IMG/VR virus record: IMGVR_UViG_2537561830_000005
DNA: 55,644 nucleotides
From: a virus
Taxonomy: Duplodnaviria; Heunggongvirae; Uroviricota; Caudoviricetes
Strand: one strand, 5' to 3'
The first letter of the stretch is position 1. Every line of letters starts with the position of its first letter. The position numbers were made by a program, and so were the translations under genes. A model generated the notes under the pieces. That model was given only the letters and a program-made list of their open reading frames with translations. It did no database searches and was not told where the DNA came from. Below, in pieces: positions 49,426 to 55,644 of the stretch.

Positions 49426-51597
49426 ATGGCAGTACGGATTTCAGGTGTACTGAAAGATGGCGCAGGTAAGCCGATACAAAACTGCACCATTCAGCTAAAG
49501 GCCAGGCGCAACAGCACCACGGTGGTGGTGAACACAGTGGCCTCAGAAAACCCGGATGAAGCCGGGCGTTACACAATGGACGTCGAGTATGGTCAGTACA
49601 GCGTCAGTCTGTTGGTGGAGGGATTCCCGCCGTCACACGCCGGGATTATCACCGTATATGAGGACTCAAAGCCGGGCACACTGAATGATTTCCTCGGTGC
49701 AATGACGGAGGATGATGTCCGGCCAGAGGCACTGCGCCGTTTTGAACTGATGGTGGAAGAGGTGGCGCGTAACGCGTCCGCAGTGGCACAGAACACGGCA
49801 GCCGCGAAGAAGTCAGCCGGCGATGCCGGCACATCTGCCCGTGAGGCGGCAACCCATGCGACTGATGCTGCAGGCTCAGCACGCGCAGCCAGCACGTCAG
49901 CCGGACAGGCCGCTTCGTCGGCTCAGTCAGCGTCTTCCAGCGCAGGAACGGCATCAGCAAAGGCCACTGAAGCATCAAAAAGTGCTGCCGCTGCAGAGTC
50001 CTCAAAAAGCGCGGCGGCCACCAGTGCCGCTGCGGCAAAAACGTCAGAAACGAATGCGGCAGCGTCACAACAATCAGCAGCCACTTCAGCATCCACCGCG
50101 ACCACGAAAGCGTCAGAAGCTGCCACCTCAGCCCGGGATGCGGCGGCCTCAAAAGAGGCAGCGAAATCATCAGAAACGAACGCATCATCAAGCGCCAGTA
50201 GTGCCGCTTCCTCGGCAACGGCGGCAGGCAATTCCGCGAAGGCGGCAAAGACGTCTGAGACAAACGCCAGGTCTTCTGAAACGGCAGCGGGACAGAGTGC
50301 CTCAGCTGCGGCAGGCTCAAAAACAGCGGCTGCGTCGTCTGCCAGTGCCGCGTCAACAAGTGCCGGGCAGGCCTCAGCCAGTGCCACCGCCGCCGGAAAA
50401 TCGGCAGAAAGCGCCGCATCGTCTGCTTCAACAGCCACAACGAAGGCTGGCGAAGCCACTGAACAGGCCAGCGCAGCAGCAAGGTCTGCTTCCGCAGCGA
50501 AGACATCCGAGACGAACGCGAAAGCGTCGGAAACCAGCGCAGAATCCTCAAAAACGGCTGCCGCATCGTCCGCCAGTTCGGCGGCGTCATCGGCATCATC
50601 GGCGTCTGCTTCAAAAGATGAGGCGACCAGACAAGCGTCCGCAGCGAAGGGCAGCGCCACGACGGCATCCACGAAGGCGACAGAGGCAGCTGGCAGTGCG
50701 ACGGCGGCAGCACAGAGCAAAAGTACGGCGGAATCCGCGGCAACGCGCGCCGAGACAGCGGCAAAACGGGCAGAGGATATTGCATCCGCCGTGGCGCTTG
50801 AGGATGCGAGCACGACGAAAAAGGGGATAGTACAGCTCAGCAGTGCGACCAATAGCACTTCCGAGTCACTGGCGGCAACGCCAAAAGCCGTTAAGGCCGC
50901 GTATGACCTGGCTAACGGGAAATACACCGCACAGGATGCAACGACAGCACAGAAAGGGATAATCCAGCTAAGCAGCGCGACCAACAGCACGTCTGAAACG
51001 CTGGCGGCAACGCCAAAGGCAGTAAAATCAGCCTATGACAATGCAGAGAAACGTCTGCAGAAAGACCAGAACGGCGCTGATATACCCGATAAGGGACGCT
51101 TCCTGAACAACATTAACGCGGTCAGTAAAACAGACTTTGCTGATAAGCGTGGTATGCGTTATGTGCGGGTTAACGCTCCTGCAGGTGCAACATCTGGAAA
51201 ATATTACCCTGTTGTTGTTATGCGTTCTGCTGGCTCAGTAAGCGAACTGGCATCAAGGGTCATTATCACCACGGCAACGCGAACCGCAGGCGATCCGATG
51301 AATAACTGCGAGTTTAACGGATTTGTTATGCCTGGTGGCTGGACTGACAGGGGGCGTTATGCTTATGGAATGTTCTGGCAATATCAAAACAATGAACGAG
51401 CCATCCACTCAATAATGATGAGTAATAAGGGCGATGATTTGCGCTCTGTGTTCTATGTTGATGGCGCTGCTTTCCTGGCGTTTATCGAAGATGGCCTGTC
51501 AATATCCGCACCTGGTGCTGATCTCGTTGTTAATGATACGACCTATAAGTTTGGGGCAACAAATCCAGCGACTGAATGTATCGCGGCGGACATTTGA
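49426..51597 (+). CDS. stfR: side tail fibre protein Stf, copy 1 (723-aa reading frame)
   Basis: N-terminus MAVRISGVLKDGAGKPIQNCTIQLKA..., long Ala/Ser-rich repeats, then a globular C-terminal part. Confidence 0.75.
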   Translation: MAVRISGVLKDGAGKPIQNCTIQLKARRNSTTVVVNTVASENPDEAGRYTMDVEYGQYSVSLLVEGFPPSHAGIITVYEDSKPGTLNDFLGAMTEDDVRPEALRRFELMVEEVARNASAVAQNTAAAKKSAGDAGTSAREAATHATDAAGSARAASTSAGQAASSAQSASSSAGTASAKATEASKSAAAAESSKSAAATSAAAAKTSETNAAASQQSAATSASTATTKASEAATSARDAAASKEAAKSSETNASSSASSAASSATAAGNSAKAAKTSETNARSSETAAGQSASAAAGSKTAAASSASAASTSAGQASASATAAGKSAESAASSASTATTKAGEATEQASAAARSASAAKTSETNAKASETSAESSKTAAASSASSAASSASSASASKDEATRQASAAKGSATTASTKATEAAGSATAAAQSKSTAESAATRAETAAKRAEDIASAVALEDASTTKKGIVQLSSATNSTSESLAATPKAVKAAYDLANGKYTAQDATTAQKGIIQLSSATNSTSETLAATPKAVKSAYDNAEKRLQKDQNGADIPDKGRFLNNINAVSKTDFADKRGMRYVRVNAPAGATSGKYYPVVVMRSAGSVSELASRVIITTATRTAGDPMNNCEFNGFVMPGGWTDRGRYAYGMFWQYQNNERAIHSIMMSNKGDDLRSVFYVDGAAFLAFIEDGLSISAPGADLVVNDTTYKFGATNPATECIAADI

Positions 51598-52480
51598 TAA
51601 GAGTGGGCGGGTTTTTATGAGTCTCATTCGTTAATCGTTAACGATAACTTGTCGTGCAAACTTTTTGCCACAGACGAAATTGTAGCGCGTGGTGGTAATC
51701 AGATTCGAATGATAGGTGGGGAGTATGGGGCATTATGGCGTAATGATGGCGCTAAAACTTACCTGCTGCTTACCAATCAAGGTGATGTTTATGGTGGATG
51801 GAATACATTAAGACCGTTTGCTATTGATAACGCAACCGGCGAACTGGTTATTGGAACCAAGCTGTCTGCAAGTCTGAACGGTAACGCATTGACAGCAACA
51901 AAGCTGCAAACGCCAAGACGGTTTCTGGGTTGAGTTTGATGGTTCAAAGATATTAACCGCATGCTGCGCCAGAACAACGGATACATATGCCGATGCGGAG
52001 GAAGTTGATGATGAAGGCGCATTACAGAAATGGTGGTCTGTTCTACCGTTCTTCAAGAGACGGTTATGGTTTTGAGGAAGACTGGGCAGAAGTTTATACC
52101 TCGAAAAATCTTCCACCAGAAAGCTACCCAGTCGGCGCACCATATGCCCTGATGCAGGGGCAGACGACAAATCTGCTTACCCGAAACTTGCAGCCGCTTA
52201 TCCGTCAGGCGTGATCCCTGATATGCGTGGCTGGACGATTAAGGGCAAGCCCGCCAGTGGTCGTGCCGTATTGTCTCAGGAACAGGACGGCATTAAATCG
52301 CACACCCACAGCGCCAGCGTATCCAGTACGGATTTGGGTACGAAAACCACATCATCGTTTGATTACGGCACTAAATCCACGAATAACACTGGTGCGCATA
52401 CTCATAGTTTAAGTGGCAGCACGAATGCAGCTGGTAATCACAGCCATAGAGATGGCCGTCGATTTAACCCCAGTGTTTAA
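51598..52480 (+). pseudogene. tail-fibre C-terminal remnants in shifted frames
   Basis: Track ORFs 51649..51933, 51987..52214 and 52211..52480 sit in three frames and carry fibre-like segments (YALMQGQT..., [35 protein letters not shown]...). Confidence 0.5.
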
Positions 52481-52503
52481 AGATATAATCATAGCCATCA
52501 CTG

Positions 52504-52641
52504 TGGCACAGCAGGAGTGGCAGGGGAAGCGTCACTCTGGAGTTTAAGATTTTCCAGAATGGCAATCAGGGGGCAGGCAATATCACCGACTGTACGGTGA
52601 TTGCGACCAAAAAAGCCGCTTCCGGCATCAGTATTCGTTGA
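52504..52641 (+). other. fragment of an alternative J C-terminal cassette (copy a)
   Basis: Encodes ...GRGSVTLEFKIFQNGNQGAGNITDCTVIATKKAASGISIR-stop, homologous to but distinct from the J end ...[14 protein letters not shown]...[10 protein letters not shown]. Confidence 0.5.
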
Positions 52642-52711
52642 AATATTTATAACCCCAATAAAGGGCGTCAGGAATGACGCCTTTTTTATTGCAGAAAAGC
52701 GAGAGGTAATT

Positions 52712-53305
52712 ATGCGTAAAGTTTGTGCAGCAATTTTGTCCGCAGCCATTTGTCTGGCCGTATCCGGTGCGCCTGCATGGGCGTCTGAACATCAGTCCAC
52801 GCTGAGCGCGGGGTATCTTCATGCCTCGACGAACGTCCCCGGCAGCGATGATCTGAACGGGATTAACGTGAAATACCGTTATGAGTTTACGGACACACTG
52901 GGGCTGGTGACGTCATTCAGCTATGCAGGAGACAAGAATCGCCAGCTGACCCGTTACAGCCGCTGGCATGAAGATTCCGCTCGTAACCGCTGGTTCAGCG
53001 TAATGGCGGGGCCGTCTGTGCGCGTGAATGAATGGTTCAGCGCGTATGCGATGGCGGGTGTAGCTTACAGCCGTGTGTCGACTTTCTCCGGGGATTATCT
53101 TCGCGTAACTGACAACAAGGGGAAAAAGCACGATGTGCTGACCGGAAGTGATGACGGTCGCCACAGCAACACGTCTCTGGCGTGGGGGGCTGGCGTGCAG
53201 TTTAACCCGACCGAATCCGTGGCCATTGATATTGCTTATGAAGGCTCCGGCAGTGGTGACTGGCGCACTGACGGTTTCATCGTGGGTGTCGGTTATAAAT
53301 TCTGA
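52712..53305 (+). CDS. Lom-like outer membrane protein, copy 2
   Basis: 197 aa from ATG 52712; differs from copy 1 by a 2-codon deletion and a few substitutions. Confidence 0.85.
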   Translation: MRKVCAAILSAAICLAVSGAPAWASEHQSTLSAGYLHASTNVPGSDDLNGINVKYRYEFTDTLGLVTSFSYAGDKNRQLTRYSRWHEDSARNRWFSVMAGPSVRVNEWFSAYAMAGVAYSRVSTFSGDYLRVTDNKGKKHDVLTGSDDGRHSNTSLAWGAGVQFNPTESVAIDIAYEGSGSGDWRTDGFIVGVGYKF

Positions 53306-53371
53306 TTAGCCAGGTAACACAGTGTTATGACAGCCCGCCGGTTCAGGCGGGCTTTTTTTGTGGGGTTGAAT

Positions 53372-53757
53372 ATGGCAGTGAAGATTTCAGGTGTACTGAA
53401 AGACGGCACAGGAAAACCGGTACAGAACTGCACAATCCAGCTGAAAGCAAAACGTAGTCGTCGGCTCAGTCAGCATCTTCCAGCGCAGGAACGGCATCAA
53501 CAAAGGCCAGTGAAGCATCGAAAAGTGCTGCTGCTGCAGAGTCCTCAAAAAGCGCGGCAGCTACCAGTGCCGGTGCGGCGAAAACGTCAGAAACGAATGC
53601 GGCAGCGTCACAACAATCAGCAGCCACTTCTGCATCCGCCGCGACCACGAAGGCGTCAGAAGCAGCCACCTCAGCCCGGGATGCGGCGGCCTCAAAAGAG
53701 GCAGCGAAATCATCAGAAACGAACGCATCATCAAGCGCCAGTAGTGCCGCTTCCTCG
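53372..53757 (+). pseudogene. stf 5' fragment with a 403-bp internal deletion
   Basis: Matches stf copy 3 up to ~53456, then resumes at sequence corresponding to ~55255 of copy 3 (frameshifting); breaks off at 53757. Confidence 0.6.
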
Positions 53758-54032
53758 CGTATGACGATCCGGGGAGCGGAAATAACCCAGGAGGCACGCG
53801 ATACACGGGTTATGGTTTTGAAGTTCGCAAAAACGGCGTATTAATCGCATCCAGAGAAACTAAAGGGGCCATTCCCGGTAGTTACAGTGCAGTTATTGAT
53901 ATGCCGAGTGGCAGGGGAAGCGTCACTCTGGAGTTTAAGATTTTCCAGAAAGGCAATCAGGGGGCAGGCAATATCACCGACTGTACGGTGATTGTGACCA
54001 AAAAAGCCGCTTCCGGCATCAGTATTCGTTGA
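53758..54032 (+). other. fragment of an alternative J C-terminal cassette (copy b)
   Basis: Encodes ...RYTGYGFEVRKNGVLIASRETKGAIPGSYSAVIDMPSGRGSVTLEFKIFQKGNQGAGNITDCTVIVTKKAASGISIR-stop. Confidence 0.55.
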
Positions 54033-54102
54033 AATATTTATAACCCCAATAAAGGGCGTCAGGAATGACGCCTTTTTTATTGCAGAAAAGCGAGAGGTAA
54101 TT

Positions 54103-54702
54103 ATGCGTAAAGTTTGTGCAGCAATTTTGTCCGCAGCCATTTGTCTGGCCGTATCCGGTGCGCCTGCATGGGCGTCTGAACATCAGTCCACGCTGAGCGC
54201 GGGGTATCTTCATGCCTCGACGAACGTCCCCGGCAGCGATGATCTGAACGGGATTAACGTGAAATACCGTTATGAGTTTACGGACACACTGGGGCTGGTG
54301 ACGTCATTCAGCTATGCAGGAGACAAGAATCGCCAGCTGACCCGTTACAGCGATACCCGCTGGCATGAAGATTCCGTTCGTAACCGCTGGTTCAGCGTAA
54401 TGGCGGGGCCGTCTGTGCGCGTGAATGAATGGTTCAGCGCGTATGCGATGGCGGGTGTAGCTTACAGCCGTGTGTCGACTTTCTCCGGGGATTATCTTCG
54501 CGTAACTGACAACAAGGGGAAAAAGCACGATGTGCTGACCGGAAGTGATGACGGTCGCCACAGCAACACGTCTCTGGCGTGGGGGGCTGGCGTGCAGTTT
54601 AACCCGACCGAATCCGTGGCCATTGATATTGCTTATGAAGGCTCCGGCAGTGGTGACTGGCGCACTGACGGTTTCATCGTGGGTGTCGGTTATAAATTCT
54701 GA
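54103..54702 (+). CDS. Lom-like outer membrane protein, copy 3
   Basis: 199-aa ORF nearly identical to copy 2. Confidence 0.85.
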   Translation: MRKVCAAILSAAICLAVSGAPAWASEHQSTLSAGYLHASTNVPGSDDLNGINVKYRYEFTDTLGLVTSFSYAGDKNRQLTRYSDTRWHEDSVRNRWFSVMAGPSVRVNEWFSAYAMAGVAYSRVSTFSGDYLRVTDNKGKKHDVLTGSDDGRHSNTSLAWGAGVQFNPTESVAIDIAYEGSGSGDWRTDGFIVGVGYKF

Positions 54703-54766
54703 TTAGCCAGGTAACACAGTGTTATGACAGCCCGCCGGTTCAGGCGGGCTTTTTTGTGGGGTGAAT

Positions 54767-55644
54767 ATGGCAGTAAAGATTTCAGGTGTACTGAAAGACG
54801 GCACAGGAAAACCGGTACAGAACTGCACAATCCAGCTGAAAGCAAAACGTAACAGCACCACGGTGGTGGTGAACACGCTGGCCTCAGAAAATCCGGATGA
54901 AGCCGGGCGTTACAGCATGGACGTTGAGTACGGGCAGTACAGCGTTATTCTGTTGGTGGAGGGATTCCCGCCGTCACATGCCGGGACCATCACCGTGTAT
55001 GAAGATTCCCGACCCGGTACGCTGAATGATTTTCTCGGTGCCATGACGGAGGATGATGCCCGTCCTGAGGCACTGCGCCGTTTTGAACTGATGGTGGAAG
55101 AGGTGGCGCGTAACGCGTCCGCGGTGGCACAGAACACGGCAGCCGCGAAGAAGTCAGCCAGCGATGCCAGCACATCAGCCCGTGAGGCGGCAACCCATGC
55201 GACTGATGCTGCAGGCTCAGCACGCGCAGCCAGCACGTCAGCCGGACAGGCCGCGTCGTCGGCTCAGTCAGCATCTTCCAGCGCAGGAACGGCATCAACA
55301 AAGGCCAGTGAAGCATCGAAAAGTGCTGCTGCTGCAGAGTCCTCAAAAAGCGCGGCAGCTACCAGTGCCGGTGCGGCGAAAACGTCAGAAACGAATGCGG
55401 CAGCGTCACAACAATCAGCAGCCACTTCTGCATCCGCCGCGACCACGAAGGCGTCAGAAGCAGCCACCTCAGCCCGGGATGCGGCGGCCTCAAAAGAGGC
55501 AGCGAAATCATCAGAAACGAACGCATCATCAAGCGCCAGTAGTGCCGCTTCCTCGGCAACGGCGGCAGGCAATTCCGCGAAGGCGGCAAAGACGTCTGAG
55601 ACAAACGCCAGGTCTTCTGAAACGGCAGCGGGACAGAGCGCCTC
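54767..55644 (+). CDS. side tail fibre protein Stf, copy 3 (5' part; continues past the window end)
   Basis: ATG at 54767; N-terminus MAVKISGVLKDGTGKPVQNCTIQLKAKRNSTTVVVN... parallels stf copy 1. Confidence 0.8.
   Translation, partial: MAVKISGVLKDGTGKPVQNCTIQLKAKRNSTTVVVNTLASENPDEAGRYSMDVEYGQYSVILLVEGFPPSHAGTITVYEDSRPGTLNDFLGAMTEDDARPEALRRFELMVEEVARNASAVAQNTAAAKKSASDASTSAREAATHATDAAGSARAASTSAGQAASSAQSASSSAGTASTKASEASKSAAAAESSKSAAATSAGAAKTSETNAAASQQSAATSASAATTKASEAATSARDAAASKEAAKSSETNASSSASSAASSATAAGNSAKAAKTSETNARSSETAAGQSA

Noticed and set aside
49800-50800. Possible CRISPR array suggested by short repeated DNA units
   Set aside because: Repeats are imperfect, in frame, encode the stf Ala/Ser-rich domain, and lack unique spacers of uniform length.
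49649-50990. Long Pro/Arg- or Ala-rich ORFs on both strands (378, 335 and 355 aa)
   Set aside because: Alternative frames of the periodic stf repeat region; their composition is what a shifted reading of Ala/Ser codon repeats gives.

Overview
This window is a Rac-type lambdoid prophage of Escherichia coli, read entirely by eye from the sequence and the ORF track; no database search was run, so all family names are from recall of protein sequences. The integrase (1-2572, minus strand) is split by a complete 1331-bp IS2 with a 5-bp AAATG target duplication. The early-left operon is K-12 Rac-like (xis, ydaC, ralR, recT, recE, racC, ydaE, kilR, with sieB, ydaF and ydaG), followed by the racR / ydaS-ydaT immunity switch and a ydaU replication gene carrying internal GTCAC iterons. 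Where K-12 Rac has ydaV-ydaW there is instead a ~7.7-kb block of non-phage cargo (BetT-like BCCT transporter, membrane protein, MFS/ChaC-like/LysR operon, YeaR-like protein) ending in an AT-rich ORF-poor spacer. The late region is more intact than in K-12: DUF1367/YbcO-like/Q-like genes, two paralogous lipoproteins, holin-endolysin-Rz/Rz1, trkG, a ParB-like nuclease plus GT-A glycosyltransferase-like pair, then terminase, portal, head and tail genes with lambda-like M-L-K-I-J. Gene K carries a 1-nt frameshift and the chaperone pair has a canonical -1 slippery site. The right end is a rearranged tandem array of J-3'-end / lom / stf modules (three lom copies, two alternative J C-terminal cassettes, truncated stf copies), with the last stf running off the window. 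The most interesting candidates for something undescribed are the cargo block, the ParB-like/glycosyltransferase pair, the lipoprotein pair and the J cassette array; none is demonstrated.
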